Shown: positions 24,872 to 38,370 of the stretch, piece by piece
Layout: every line of letters starts with the position of its first letter
Position numbering within the stretch: the stretch's first letter is position 1
Assembly: GCF_006345805.1 (NCBI RefSeq)
Contig: NC_043000.1
Coordinates: 12,648,001-12,712,000 of the forward strand
DNA length: 64,000 nucleotides
Reading direction: 5' to 3'
Source of the DNA: Octopus sinensis
Lineage: Eukaryota
Notes under the pieces: model-generated
Seen by the model: only the letters and a program-made list of their open reading frames with translations
Databases searched by the model: none
Told to the model about the DNA's origin: nothing
Made by a program: the position numbers and the translations under genes

Positions 24872-25578
24872 CAGCGGTTCTCAACCATCTTTTCCATATG
24901 GACCCCTCTGATCCCTATTTTACTTGAGTGGACCTCCCGCCCCATAGCCATTCAATGTTTAAAAATCCTATTGGATTTTTTCTTTCTTTACTGCCCACAA
25001 GGGGCTAAACATAGAGGGGACAAACAAGGACAGACAAAGGGATTAAGTTGATTACATCGACACCAGTGCGTAACTGGTACTTAATTTATCGACCCCGAAA
25101 GGATGAAAGGCAAAGTTGACCTTGGCAGAATCTGAACTTAGAATGTAATGGCAGCTGAAATACCTATTTCTTTACTACCTACAGGGGCTAAACACAGAGA
25201 AGACAAACGAATAAAGTCAATTATATCGACCCCAGTGCGTAACTGGTACTTAATTTATCGACCCCGAAAGGATAAAAGGCGAAGTTGACCTTGGCAGAAT
25301 CTGAACTTAGAGTGTAATGGCAGACGAAATACCGCTAAGCATTTTGCCCGGTGTGCTAACATTTTTGCCAGCTCGCCACCTTTTGTATTTTTATGATTAA
25401 ATTGTATTGTATTTTTATGATTAAACATTATTAGGACTTGTATACAAATTGTTAAAATAATTTGTGTATCATGGATATATAACCACTTTATTGCACGAAA
25501 CAGTTTTTCATGGCCCCTTAAAAATTATCATAGACCCACCCCACCAATCTTATAATGGGTCCCAGTCGAGAATCCTTG
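24872..25578 (+). mobile_element. hAT (Charlie-like) MITE with a nested dimeric family D SINE (24983-25380, minus)
   Basis: CAGCGGTTCTCAACC start; TSD CTCTAAAG/CCCTAGAG resembles the NTCTAGAN preference. Confidence 0.7.
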
Positions 25579-25896
25579 CCCTAGAGTGTTTCAAAAGCTT
25601 GCTTTGTGATAGACATCAATACAGTCAAAGCAAAACATCTTAACAGCTTAAACCTGTTAAAATGTACAGCAAACAGACACTGTCAATATCTGTGATATGG
25701 ATTCACACTGTTGAGGTCTCTCTAACACAGACATTGCCAAGGTGTCACAAACAAGAGACAGCTAAGACCTATCACATATAGTTTATCCCTTTTGCATTCA
25801 GATAAGCTCTGCTAAATGTGATGCTTCTTGACTCACATTGCTTTAAATTAAGCATGTATTACAGTTCTATATTTAAGGAATTATCTACATTATTTA

Positions 25897-26282
25897 GTGG
25901 AGGCGCAATGGCCCAGTGGTTAGGGCAGTGGACTCACGGTCATAGGATCGCGGTTTCGATTCCCAGACCGGGCGTTGTGAGGGTTTATTGAGCGAAAACA
26001 CTTAAAGCTCCACGAGGCTCCGGCAGGGGATGGTGGTGATCCCTGCTGTACTCTTTCACCACAACTTTCTCTCACTCTTACTTCCTGTTTCTGTTGTACC
26101 TGTATTTCAAAGGGCCGGCCTTGTCACTCTCTGTGTCACGCTGAATATCCCCGAGAACTACATTAAGGGTACACGTGTCTATGGAGTGCTCAGCCACTTA
26201 CACGTTAATTTCACGAGCAGGCTGTTCCGTTGATTCGGATCAACCGAACCCTCGTCGTCGTAACCAACGGAGTGCTTCCATC
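25897..26282 (+). mobile_element. tRNA-derived SINE, head B with the TGTACCTGTATTTCAAAGGG-type tail
   Basis: 15-bp TSD TATCTACATTATTTA at 25882-25896 and 26283-26297. Confidence 0.9.
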
Positions 26283-26343
26283 TATCTACATTATTTACAT
26301 TACTTACATACGATGGATAATTGTCCTCATCTTGTTTGTTGTT

Positions 26344-26392
26344 AACACAATGTTTCGGCTGATATTATACACTCCAGCCTTCATCAGGTATC
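26344..26392 (-). ncRNA. Minimal type I hammerhead ribozyme fold, canonical core
   Basis: GAUAC-CUGAUGA-A-GGCUG(13 nt)CAGCC-GAAA-CAUU-GUGUU; stem I fully paired with two G-U pairs. Confidence 0.7.
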
Positions 26393-26418
26393 TTGGAAAA
26401 ATTTCGAACCTGGGTTCT

Positions 26419-26660
26419 CATTCATCATCATCATCATCGTTTAACATCCGCTTTCCATGCTAGCATGGGTTGGACGATTTGACTGAGGACTGGCGAACCA
26501 GATGGCTGCACCAGGCTCCAATCTTGATCTGGCAGAGTTTCTACAGTTGGATGCCCTTCCTAATGCCAACCACTCCAGGAGTGTAGTGGGTGTTTTTACA
26601 TACCACCGGCACGGAGGCCAGTCAAGCAGTACTGGCAACTACCTCGCTCGACTGGAACTT
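26419..26660 (-). mobile_element. (GAT)n-tailed SINE-like family E (RTE-type tail)
   Basis: CATCATCATCGTTTAACATCCGCTTTCCATGCTAGCATGGGTTGGAC. Related copies lie at 1-75, 2570-2785, 13150-13370, 27920-28160, 28224-28590, 42840-43030, 43655-43975, 44040-44260, 44510-44700 and 55185-55400. Confidence 0.8.
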
Positions 26661-27211
26661 AGTGCGACTCTCCAGCCTGACAGCTCCCATCAAACTATCT
26701 AACCCATGCCAGCATGGAAAACAGATGTTGACTGTGTGTGTGTGTAGGTGTGTGTGGGGTGTGTATATTTGTGTCTCCTTGTTTTGGCATTGCATGATAG
26801 TTGTAAAATGATTGTCGGTTTACAGTGAGAACACGGCTGGGCATAGGTGGTGGGGGCTATTAACTTGCTTGAAAAACAGGCGAGGGTTGATGACAGGAAA
26901 GGCAACTGGCCATAAAAAAAATCTAAATCCTGCTTCAACAAATTCCATCCGACCTACACAAGCAGTGGGAGAATGGATGTTAAAGTAGTGATGATGATGA
27001 TGATGAGGAGGAGGAGTGGTGGTGCTTGTGGCATACTTAAACACTAACCATTCTACTACTGACACCACTACTCCACCACTTTAAACACTACACAGGATTC
27101 AGTGAAGGCACCTGTATGTACTAAAATTACATGGTACTTTATTCAATGGAGGAATTTACACACACACACACACACATGCACGCGCAAACACACAGACACA
27201 TGCTTGCACGA

Positions 27212-27242
<31 letters not shown>

Positions 27243-27299
27243 GCCACATCCACACACAGGCAAACATAAACAGTCTATAATTGACCGTTTCTATTTAAA

Positions 27300-27560
27300 C
27301 CCACTACCACCACAAACATCACCACAAACACCACTACTACTGCTGTTACTACTATTAATAATACTACAACCACCACCACTACTTCTACCACTCCCACTAC
27401 TATAACTACCACCACCATCACCATCACCACCACTATTAATACTACAACCATCACCACTACTATTGCTACTACCTCTCCACTGCCACTACTACTACCATCA
27501 CCACCACCACCACAACTGATACTAGACCATTACCACTGCTACCCTTAATGCAAAACAACA
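27300..27560. repeat. (ACT/ACC)n low-complexity tract
   Basis: Mixed trinucleotide repeats. Confidence 0.85.
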
Positions 27561-28599
27561 ACTACCGTCCACCAAAGCTAGGACAATGATGGCTGGTATG
27601 GGCAATGGTAGTACCAAACAATTACATAGGAGAAATTACAAGAAAGAAACAAAAATATCACCTTTACCACTTTGATCACAACCACCAACACCACCACCAC
27701 CACCACCACCACCTACACCAGTGTCATACACATGACACTCCAGTACCTACCTAACCCACCCCACACCACCCTTAGAAAGTACTTGAAGTCAGTCATCAAA
27801 AGGTCAACTGGTGACTGGACTTACAGCACTAGTGTGACACTAACAGATGGTTAAAACAAGACAGGTTTCAAACAATTAGAGTGGAATGGAGGGCTAGCTG
27901 TCATCCAGGAGCAAGTTACCATCATCATCATCATCACCATTGTTTAACGTCCACTTTTCCATGCTTGCATGGGTCAGATAGAATTTGTTGAGATATTTTA
28001 CAGCTGGATGCCCATTCTGTCACCAACCCTCATCTATTTCTAAGCAAGGTAATTAGTTCTCCCATGGCCAAACATACTTTTCCATGGGAGGCTGGAAATA
28101 GATGACATCACTTGTATGACAGTGATGCTCATTTACAACCATCATGTGATCTCAAAACAAGGGAACACACACATATATATATACATACATACATGTATAC
28201 ACATACACACATACATATTAAGGATCATCATCATCATCGTTTAACGACCACTTTCCATGCTAGCATGGGTTGGATGATTTGACTGAGGACTGGCAAACCA
28301 GATGGCTGCGCCAGACTCCAATCTGATCTGGCAGAGTTTCTACAGCTGGATGCCCTTCATAACGCCAATCACTCTGAGAGTGTAGTGGGTGCTTTTAAAG
28401 TGCCACCAGCACGAGGGCCAATCAGGCGGGACTGGCAACGGCCACGCTCGAAAATGGTGTTTTTTACGTGCCACCTGCACAGGAGTCAATCCAGCAGCAC
28501 TGGCAACGACCGCACTTGATTGTTTTGTTCACGTGCCACCGACAGAAGTGCCAGTGAGGCAATGCTGCAATGATCACGCTCAAATGGTGCTCGGATGCA

Positions 28600-29670
28600 A
28601 ACACAATTTTTCTTTGGAAGTAAAAGAACTTATCAGTTACCACAGACTCTTGCCCTTGCGAGAAACAAGAGGGGCTCAGAATCTCAATGCAAAAGCATCA
28701 ATAGTTTTTGTGGATTTGTCCAAATTAGCTGATAGTGTTAAAACAGAAAGGCAATGTAACACATCCTGTTGAACTGTGGTGTCCCAGATAAGATTTTCCA
28801 AGCCATTCCTTTCATGTATGAAAAGCCGTCAAACTTAGCATATTACACAGATGGTCCACCTAAAGAGTTTCTGAAAACAGCAGGAAGCCTTGAAATTTTC
28901 AGGGAGACACCCAAATTCCTTTTCTCTTTGTGATTGTAGTGAATTAATCTTTAGGCAAAATCTCAACCTTATATTTAAAACAAAGGCTTCACTATCAAGT
29001 AGAAGCAACCAAAACACTAGCAGAGCTTATATCTCTCTGACCTCGACCATTTTGGAGCTCTTGTCTTTGCAGCTTACCAACTGTATGATGTGCAACACTT
29101 GTTAACATCCACTGAGAATGTTGCAGCCAAAGTAGGTCAATTTCTCAATACAAAAAAAAACAAAACAAGATTTTAGCACACAACCATCAACACAGATGAG
29201 AGCTGTTTGTCAATTTGTTCTGACAATGGCACATAGCTCTAAGGAGGTCAACGATTCCAAGTACTTTGGATCCTATGTTGCTGACAGTAAAAAAGGCTTC
29301 TTTATATGCAAAAGAAAAAAACCTGGAGTGCCTGTAACAATCCTCAAAACATCTGGCAATGAAGTGTTCCAAAGTCAACAAGGTTGGCCTACTTCAACAC
29401 ATGTGTATAGAGCATTTTTCTGTAGGGAGCTGAAACCTGGACTACAGAGAAAGAGCTTCAAAAAATTCTTGATGATATCCATGTACACCAGGTTTCTTGT
29501 GAAAGCCCAGAACATGTGACCAAAGAGAAAATAATTTACGGCTACATTCCAGCCACCTCTGTGATGGTTGTTCAACACAAGGTACATATTGCTTGTTGCT
29601 GCTCATGCAGAACAACAAACCATATCAAATGGTATATTTTGGAGACTTCCACACTGGTAGAGGATGAAAA
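28600..29670 (+). mobile_element. RTE/RTEX-type LINE reverse transcriptase remnant (frameshifts and stops)
   Basis: IVFVDLSKLADSV (~FVDFSKAFDSV), FQGDTQIPFLFVIVV (~LQGDTLAPFLFIIV), EVNDSKYFGSYV (~V.DFKYLGS.I), MYTRFLVKAQN. Confidence 0.85.
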
Positions 29671-29814
29671 TCACTCAAGTACATGAATGTTATTCACAGA
29701 AACACATAACATAAAACTGGAAAACATTTTGATGTGGTGTGAAAGAAGGAAAGTTGTAAATCTAGTCCAGTTAACAGTTTCTCATGAAGATAATATGGAT
29801 GCTGCTCAGGCTTG

Positions 29815-30330
29815 AAAGATTGACCGCTGTGTAAACCTCCTTGAGGAATGTGAAGACGCAGGCTGGAAAGCAGAGCATTTTCCAATCGAAGTTGGATGTA
29901 GAGGGTTTGTTGGACACAGTGAGACGATTGTTGTTATCGTTAGGCTTAACTCATCATAAAGTCAATACCACCAAGACCGATATCCAAACTACAGTGGAGA
30001 AGGCTAGCCACTGGATTTGGTTAAACAGAAACGATGAGTGATGGCTAGAAGAATATTGAGCTTTATTTGATAACCAGCTGATCTAGCAAGCGGGGCCTCA
30101 TATCAGTGAGGTGGGACCGGTGCACATTGATGCTGTTGAAAGGTAGGCCCTGAAATGGCACGCATTCTCTCCTGATGACCCCATACACTTGCTGGCTTCT
30201 GGTATTCGGAGTTTTTGACTGGTAGCACTTGCATGTGGAAGTTGCTTGCAAGACATCGAATCTAATGTGGGCAGACTATTGAGAGACATCTCAGTGCCAT
30301 GAGGAAGAATATACATGTAAAATGGATGAA
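29815..30330 (+). mobile_element. Hero-clade (restriction-like endonuclease) LINE 3' end and UTR
   Basis: LLEECEDAGWKAEHFPIEVGCRGFVG followed by VRRLLLSLGL...VEKASHWIWLNR. Confidence 0.8.
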
Positions 30331-30436
30331 TGTGTCTGTTCACCTCAAACAATTGAGAGCAGTTATCATATTTACTTTTATAACTTGCTTTGTTTTAGCT
30401 TTAAAAAAAAAATCTAATTACACACACACACACACT

Positions 30437-30479
<43 letters not shown>

Positions 30480-31149
30480 GTCACTCACTGTGTTCACTTT
30501 AGGACAAAGTGTTTTTGATATCGATAACCAGCTGAGAACATTAAATTAATAAAGAGTTTTTGAGATCCACTAAATTTGATAACAAAGATTGGTTGATAAA
30601 ATTTTTTATGATTATAAGTAGCGTTCACTACGTGGGTGTGTGTGTGTAAGATTTTAAAGAATGTAGAGTGTGTGTGTATATCTATACAAACACACACATC
30701 TATAAACACATACATACATACATTCATTCATTTGTCCATCTATTTTATGTCTGCTTTGGCATGGGTTAGATCATCATCATCATTATCATCATCATCAACA
30801 TCCATTTCCCATGTTTGCATGGTTTGGACAGAAACTAAAAAAAGAAGCCCATCGTGTATGTGTGTATATATGTGTGTGTATTTATGTGTGTCCGTGTTTG
30901 ACCCCTCACCATCACTTAACAACTGATATTGGTGTGTTTACATCCCTGTAGCTTAGCAGTTCAGCAAAAGAAGTTGACAGAATAAGCACTAGGCTTACAA
31001 AGAATAAGACCAAGGATCGATTTCTTCAAAAAAAAAAAAAAACCTGTAAGGTGGTGCTCCAGTGTGGCCGTAGTCAGATGACTGACACAAGTAGAAGAAT
31101 AAAACAATACACACATCTCATACCATTTCTCTTCACACACAAACTCAGC

Positions 31150-31618
31150 TAGTATAGAAGGTAAATTTAGTCGTTCTTATTAGTAACGAGCAAAACGCCC
31201 CCCCCCACCACCATCCAATGGACGGTGCTGAGTTGTCAAACATTTAAACCAAATTTATTCAAAACAACTTGTCTGACCGTCCCATAGGCCTCCCCTTTGA
31301 GAAACACTGATTTAACCTAAATTTGAGACACCAAACAGGCCGGCTTTTTTTTCGCAAGCTGCATGTGCATTTTTCTCATATACACATAGTATCGATCGCA
31401 ACAGCTAATGTACTTGCGCATACAAATGCACGTTCTCACAGCTTTATCGATTGCATTCTCACCTGGAATCGATTTTGTAAATTTTTCAAGACTTATACAC
31501 GCCCTGATACCGTCGGTATCTACATATCAAATTTGAGCACAATCGGATGGAGGATGCCCGAGATCCTAGAAGACACACACACACACACAGACAGACAGAA
31601 TGGATTTTATATAATAGA
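31150..31618 (-). mobile_element. Non-autonomous Helitron-like element
   Basis: Minus-strand 5' end A|TCTATTATATAAAA followed by (CTGT)n(GT)n, typical of animal Helitron-N elements; the 3' boundary is uncertain. Confidence 0.55.
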
Positions 31619-31776
31619 TATACTGAGCAGAGCCTCATTATTCAGAATTAATATTCTTCTGATGGAGAACCAGAAAGGATGAATAGGAAAGACACAGTCT
31701 TTCATCTCTCAATGTTTCATATATATTATTGACCTGATATATACTACTTTCAAGTCCATTTTCTATCGTTCCTTAC

Positions 31777-31783
31777 CTTCCAT
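31777..31783 (-). CDS. Candidate micro first coding exon (ME, phase 1)
   Basis: ggaATGGAAG|GTAAGG strong donor at the end of a unique UTR-like island (~31777-32070). Confidence 0.25.
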
Positions 31784-32189
31784 TCCACCACCAACAAAAA
31801 TTAGAGAAATCCTGGTTGATGCTCTATGAATTAGTTAGGGTCATTGTATTTCATACACAAACAGAGCAGTTGCCCATCTCACGCACACATGCATTGAGAC
31901 ATAAACACTGCACATACATATACACAGACACACACTCATGTAGGAAGAGGTGAGTAGACACACATTCCCTCTTTTGTTCCTTTGTATCTACATCCTGTTT
32001 GTTTACATAAGCTTTATGTGTTTCCTGTTTGCTAGTTCTTCGCAAATATATTCATAAAAGAATGCTAAATCATTGAGGTTTTAAGTGTGCATGTGTGTGA
32101 GTGTGTGCACACAAAAAAATAATGCTCAATTAATAGCGATAGCCAAGAACACAGACACACACACACACATATATAAATAAATAAATAAA

Positions 32190-32960
32190 CAGGCATGACT
32201 ATGTGCTAAGAAGCTTGTTTCACAACCACTTAGTTCTGGCTCTGGTGGAAAGATTAAAAGAGTGAATGTCAGAGATATGCTGTTGGGGACTTCGAGTACC
32301 TGGGAGGGCTGCCCAAGGTGGACAGGCCTGACACCGGTGGTGCAAGGGCTGCAACCTGGCTAACGGGAGAGCAATGGTGAATTCCAAGCAATGTCTGTTC
32401 CAAAATCTGGTGGCGTTGGATTGCATATGCAGACATCTGCGGTGAGACGGCATAACATGAGGGCAACCTGCCACTGATAATAAATGGTGGCTTATGAATA
32501 CAAATGGGAACTGTTTCTGTGGATTATGATCATCCTTTGAAACTCCTATGAACTCACAATAGGAGCTGGCTTAACCCCTCCCAGATGAATGCTGTTACAA
32601 GACAAGACACGAAGAGACTTAGTTCTGGGTTCAGTCCCACTGCGTGGCACCTTGGTAAGTGTCTTCTACTATAGCCTTGGGCTGACCAAAGCCTCACGAG
32701 TGGATTTGATAGACAGAAACTGAAAGAAGCCTATTGTATGTGTGTGTGTGTGTGGGGGGACCTTCACCACCACTTAACAACCAATGTTGGTTTGTTCATG
32801 TCCCAGGAGCTTAGCAGTTTGGCAGAAAGTGACTGACAGAATAAGTACCAGGCTGAAAAATAAAAAGAACCGGGGTCAATGCATTCAAAAGTTCTTGAAG
32901 ACGGTGCCCCGCATGGCTGCAGTCAAAAGACTTCAACAAGCAAAGGTAAAAGATAAAAGA
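32190..32960 (+). mobile_element. SINE family A interrupted by a 377-bp retroposed insert (32240-32616)
   Basis: 12-bp TSD ACTTAGTTCTGG at 32228-32239 and 32617-32628; the insert ends in CAAGA-like repeats. Confidence 0.85.
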
Positions 32961-34392
32961 ATCACTTGAGCATCTATTTTAATATTGTGGCTGAATCTTT
33001 GTACAAACTAACTCTCTACCATCCATGATATCAGATCAAACATTCTGATTTCTTATCATGAGGGCTCCAAGATCCAACATGGATAATGGATAGAATGGTC
33101 ACGCCTAAGAAACTGATATGACTCCACACACACACACACACACACATACATACATACATACATACATACACACTCTGTAAAATAAATTTAATACCGTAAG
33201 ATATCTTAACAGAATTATATGCATTTAAAACAGTTCCTTGGGCACTGCTAGCTTCAGTCTTTTAGCCACTCTGGTATTTAAAAAATTGATAAAGCTAAAA
33301 AACTAGACAAGATATTTTGTAAACAATTTCTATGCAAAATTAAATAATTGTTGTTGTTTTTTTATGTTTTTTAACAAGTTATTTAGACATTAAGTGCCCA
33401 GCCTAGCTTTCTGCAACATGCCATATACTGAGAAAGTTAATGATTATGCAAAAACAAACAAGAAAAAAAAAACAATTAAATTAGTTACATGATAAGTGAT
33501 ATGCAATAAAAATAAGTTCAAACACATAATTAGTTACATAGGAACATAATTTTTTAAAAAGAAAAGCTTCCTTTTGTTAACTCTTTAGTTAATATTAAGG
33601 TCAAATACTTCCTCCAATTACAGTAACAGAATACGAGACAAGTGTTCACTGAATGGAATTCTATTTGTTTCATAGACTTTAGGTATGCTGATCAAAGTTA
33701 AGTGAACACCATTGTCAATTTTAAAAAATCTGTTCTACTAACAATCACTATTGTTACATATTCACAAGGAATTCTGTTTTAGGAATACTGGATCTTGAAG
33801 CACACAATCATATAAATAATGTTATCATATTTTGATAGAAGACCAGTAATTTTGGTAGAGGGATAAAGTTGATTACATCTCCTCTGATGCTAAACAGGTA
33901 CTTATTTTATTGCCCCGAAAGGGTAAGAGGCAAAGTGGAACTGGCGGAATTTGAACTTGGAATACGAAGACGGATGAAATGCACATATATATACACATAT
34001 ACTCCAATCTGGTCAGCTCCCAGGCAAGACAAAGCTAAGAGCACTTCGGGCTGGCCAGATTGGAGCAATCTCGAGTATAACCAGTCGAAATTGCAGAAAA
34101 CTCCGAATGACCCATCCTTGTTTTTTCTTACCCCTTTTTTGTATTCCTTTTTATATACATATTGCGGTTTACGTACACTTTGGTCTCTTATATATATATA
34201 TATATATAGATAGATATATACATATATATACATAAAATATACACGCATATAAACATATATATATATATACATATATATACATACATATATACATATATAT
34301 ACACATATATACATACATATATATACACATATATACATACATATATACAGGTATATACATATATACATATATACACATATATATATATACAT

Positions 34393-34424
<32 letters not shown>

Positions 34425-34849
34425 GTATGTGTGTGTGTGTGTGTGTGTGTGTGTATAGATATATATATGACAGAATTCCACACATTTTCCGTCTACAAAA
34501 TTCATTCACTGACACTAGTCATCCCAGAGTTATAATAGAAGACACATGTCTAAGATACTGCACAGTGGGATCGAACTTGAAATCATTTGGTTATAAAGCA
34601 AGCTTCTAACCACACAGCCATACTTGAGCCTACGTCAGTAACATTCAGAGCTTGTTACAGAAACAGAAGATCCACTAACCATTGCGAAAATATGAATAAA
34701 CTGAGACAAAATTAATATTAACATGAAGTACTCAAGTCAAATGTATAACAAAATACCTATAATGGATACCCATAATCTAGTAGTCCGATAATATATGCAC
34801 CAACCAAGCCATTCTGTTTTTTTGAATCTGAGTGGACCTAAAAGGTATG

Positions 34850-35160
34850 GAATAGCTAAAAGGCATGAAATAGCACTGGCCTGCCTTCTCAGATTAATTA
34901 AATTAAGATATCCAGCTGAGAGTGAAATAAAAAATATACCAAAATAAATATAAAATGAATTTCAAAAAAAATTGTTTCTTGACATTACTGCGATACAATT
35001 TTTGCTGAATACTTGTCAGCTAGAAGCAGTTGTTTGCTATATCCTAAATACATGTCCTATTGTGCTTCAACTGCAGAATATTGTAAATTGAAAGAAACAG
35101 CATTTCTACCTAAACTGCAGCACTAACTCACACAGTAAGACAACAACCATATTTCACTTA
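34850..35160 (+). mobile_element. Possible highly decayed pogo/Tigger transposase fragment
   Basis: TTTCTACCTAAACTGCAGCACTAACTCAC resembles the FLP.NTT...QP.DQ motif only with frameshifts. Confidence 0.25.
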
Positions 35161-35179
35161 ATGTAATTAAATTTTCCCA

Positions 35180-35446
35180 GTTATTGATTCCCAAGTAAAA
35201 TAGGTTGATGAAGGAGTTATAGCTTGTTGGTTGTTAGGTTCAATTCTGAATGCCTCCAATTATTGATTCAAAGAAAATAGGTTGACGGTTCCACAGAAAA
35301 GTGAGGGAGTTAGGACTTGGTCTGTGGTTTGGTTTTTTTGGTTCAGTTATCATGAATAGCTCCATTTATTGATTATGATAAAATAGTAGTTGGGTGGTTT
35401 CATAAGCAGAGTTAGGATCTGGTGCAAGTGAGGTTAATCCTGAATT
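35180..35446. repeat. Degenerate tandem repeat, about 3 units of 80-105 bp
   Basis: TTATTGATT...AAAATAG...GTTG...GAGTTA...GGTT.A.T..TGAAT recurs three times. Confidence 0.6.
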
Positions 35447-35594
35447 AACATTGTTTAATAAGTACAGAAAAAATAGGGTTTTTAAAGAGGTAGTGAAGTC
35501 TGTCAGGATGGTGGGAGCTAAAAACATCTCTGGAAAGATGAAGTTAGGATGTTATATTCATGGAAAACTTCTCAGTTGGGATTAGAATATTATT

Positions 35595-35990
35595 AAATTA
35601 TCAACCATCGTACAAACAATAACTCTGAGCACCTTTTCAAACTCCACCCATCTAACACCCGTGGACATATTTACAAAGTAAGAAAACAGCACAGCTCCCA
35701 TGACTTCAGGAAACATTTTTTCATGCTGAGAGTTGCTGAAGCATGGAACAAACTGCCGGCATCAGTTGTTAGTTGTCGGAGCACTGCATCCTTCAAAACT
35801 TCCATGCTTCCTGAGATTCACCAACACTACACTTGATTTTCTCTCCTCCATACACACACAAGCATGTATCTGACTCATACATTGTTCGCTTTCCAGACAT
35901 TTCTACATTACTGCATGTACTTTATATGCACTTTCTGACAAGTTGTGGTGCACCTGAGCACTGTATACAATTAATTTCATTATTATTATT
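35595..35990 (+). mobile_element. CR1 LINE 3' end with (TTA)n tail
   Basis: Translates NTRGHIYKVRKQHSSHDFRKHFFMLRVAEAWNKLPASVV...SFK. Confidence 0.9.
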
Positions 35991-36053
35991 TTTAAAGGGT
36001 CACTGGAAGAGTAATAGGATAAAGGAAAATAAATAAATTGGACAGGTGTTGGT

Positions 36054-36378
36054 TAAAGACTCCGCCGGTTACGACGACGAGGGTCCCAGCTGATACGATC
36101 AACGGAACAGCTTGCTCGTGAAATTAACGTGCAAATGGCTGAGCATTCCACAGACACGTGTACCCTTAATGTAGTTCTCGGGGATAATCAGCGTGACACA
36201 GAGAGTGACAAGGCTGACCCTTTGAAGTACAAGTACAACTCATTTTTGCCAGCTGAGTGGACTGGAGCAACGTGAAATAAAGTGTCTTGCTCAAGGACAC
36301 AACGCGTCGCCAGGAATCGAACTCACAACCTTACGATCAGGAGCCGAATGCCCTAACCACTAAGCCACGCGCCCTCAC
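36054..36378 (-). mobile_element. tRNA-derived SINE, head C with the TGTACTTGTACTTCAAAGGG-type tail
   Basis: 12-bp TSD ACAGGTGTTGGT at 36042-36053 and 36379-36390. Confidence 0.9.
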
Positions 36379-36695
36379 ACAGGTGTTGGTAGAGAGGATA
36401 TGTACCTAGTTAGTTCAGAGGAATATGAGCCTGAATCTAAATATCATTTATTGATAAGGAGAAGACACATTAAAAGATAATAAGAGAAGATACATGGCTG
36501 TGTGGTTAAGACACTCACTTTGCAACCATGAGTTTTCATATTCAGTCCCAGTCCACAGCACCTTGGCCAAGTATCTGCTTCTAGTTGACCAATGCCTTCT
36601 GATTCAATATGGAAGATGGAAACTATGCAGAAGTCCATCATATGTCGATATGCATATGTGGTGTGTCTTTGTATTTGTCCCCTGCTGTTGTTTAT

Positions 36696-36967
36696 CATCA
36701 TCATCTTCTCCATTTAACGTCCGTTGTCCATGCTGGCATGGGTTGGACAGTTTGACCAGGGCTGGTAAGCTGTAGAGCTACACCAGACTCCTGTCTGATA
36801 TGGCATTACACTCTCAGGGTAGTTGGCATTAGGAAGGGCATCCGGCCATAGAAACCATGCCAAATAAGACAGGAGTCTGGTGTAGCTCCTTGCTTTACCA
36901 GCCATGGTCAAACTGTCCAACCTATGCCAGCATGGACAACAGACATTAAATGAAGATGATGATGATG
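36696..36967. mobile_element. Head-to-head inverted pair of family E 3' ends (~110-bp arms)
   Basis: (CAT)n...CCAGACTCCTGTCT..TGGCAT pairs with ATGCCA..AGACAGGAGTCTGG...(GAT)n. Confidence 0.8.
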
Positions 36968-37107
36968 CTTTTGCTAATATTCAATTGTTCCCAACCAAGA
37001 CAATATTTCCCTTCATTTTTTGAATATAAGCAGTACAATGGCCAGAGATGTTTTCACAGAATACTGTAAATGAACAGCAATATGATGACAACATTTCCTT
37101 ATATTAA

Positions 37108-37327
37108 CCCTTTAGCATTTAAACCAGCCACATCCGGCCCTAATATTTTACTTGTTTTATGTTCAAACTTGCCAGATCTGGCTTCTCACACCTACCCTAC
37201 AATGACATTCTAAAAATATACCATCACATCATTGAAATCTCAAAGCAACTAGATAATATATGAGTAATTCAAAGCAATGTTAATAAATAAGTATTACACT
37301 TGACAAAGTAATCCGAATGCCAAAGGG
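37108..37327 (+). mobile_element. piggyBac-like MITE
   Basis: TTAA|CCCTTT...AAAGGG|TTAA; relatives at 11220-11410, 48094-48312, 49959-50529 and 54860-55080. Confidence 0.8.
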
Positions 37328-37866
37328 TTAAGCATGAGCTGTCCAAGATTATAGTAGAAGACACTTGTCCAAGGTACCACACAATGGGACTGAACTCAAA
37401 ACTACGTGGTTGAGAAGCAAACTTTCTACCATACAGCCATGCCTGCACTTACGTTTTTTTTTCTCAATTTCTTACTTTTTTTTTGTCTTGTATTAAAAGA
37501 AAGAAAGAATTCTAGTTCTTGTAACTGCCAAAATGTGATTGTCTTTTCAGCTAAATTTTGGCTTACATCCAACTGGTTTGAACTTAGGAAAGGTTAAGCA
37601 GTTAACTCATTAGCTAAGCACATTTAAAAGTGTCATGATCACTACCGACCCTAATTTATAATTACTTAACTAATTAACATGACACATCAATGCTATTAAG
37701 TCTGTGTGTTCTTTGTAAACCCAAAAGGAAATTAAAACTAGATTAAATAGTACAGAACATCAGGATGATGGATTTGTCAAGTTGGTCAGCATGTCCCTTT
37801 CATTTATTTCACTAAAAATATCACAGGCATGATGTAACACAATACGTACGCATATAATTAGTATAC

Positions 37867-37903
<37 letters not shown>

Positions 37904-37923
37904 TAATAATAATGATAATAAAC

Positions 37924-38348
37924 ATATAAACGTATCTGTCAAGACCTACCAGAAACTGAGCAAATATAAAGATCTTGAAATAGAAATCAGCAAAATGTGG
38001 AACCTGAAGACTAAAACAATACCTGTTGTCATAGGTGCCCTGGGAATGATAGCAAAAGGGGCTGATTGCTACCTAACTCAGATACCAGGAAATCCAAAAA
38101 TGGCAGAAATTCAAAAGATAGTGCTCATGGGAACTGCTCATATCCTACACAAAATGTAATCTCCTATGTAATCTGAAGTTTTAAAACAAACATAATTTTC
38201 GCTTGGTTTTTTAGACACCAAGTACAAAACAAAATATATGGCACCCTAGGCATAACACCAACACGAACTTCCAACTTGTTGTCTCTTGAGGTCTCTGGGT
38301 GAGACATGGAGCCAGTTTGTGCAAATGTAAAGCAAAAGTCAAACATAG
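37924..38348 (+). mobile_element. Dong/R4-clade LINE 3' end in a (TAA)n array
   Basis: KLSKYKDLEIEISKMWNLKTKTIPVVIGALGMI...EIQKIVLMGTAHIL, the C-terminus of a restriction-like endonuclease; TAA repeats on both sides. Confidence 0.9.
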
Positions 38349-38370
38349 AATAATAATAATAATAATAATA

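Noticed and set aside
30140-30190. GAAA...CTGATGA in the Hero 3' UTR as a permuted hammerhead
   Set aside because: The required stems do not pair.
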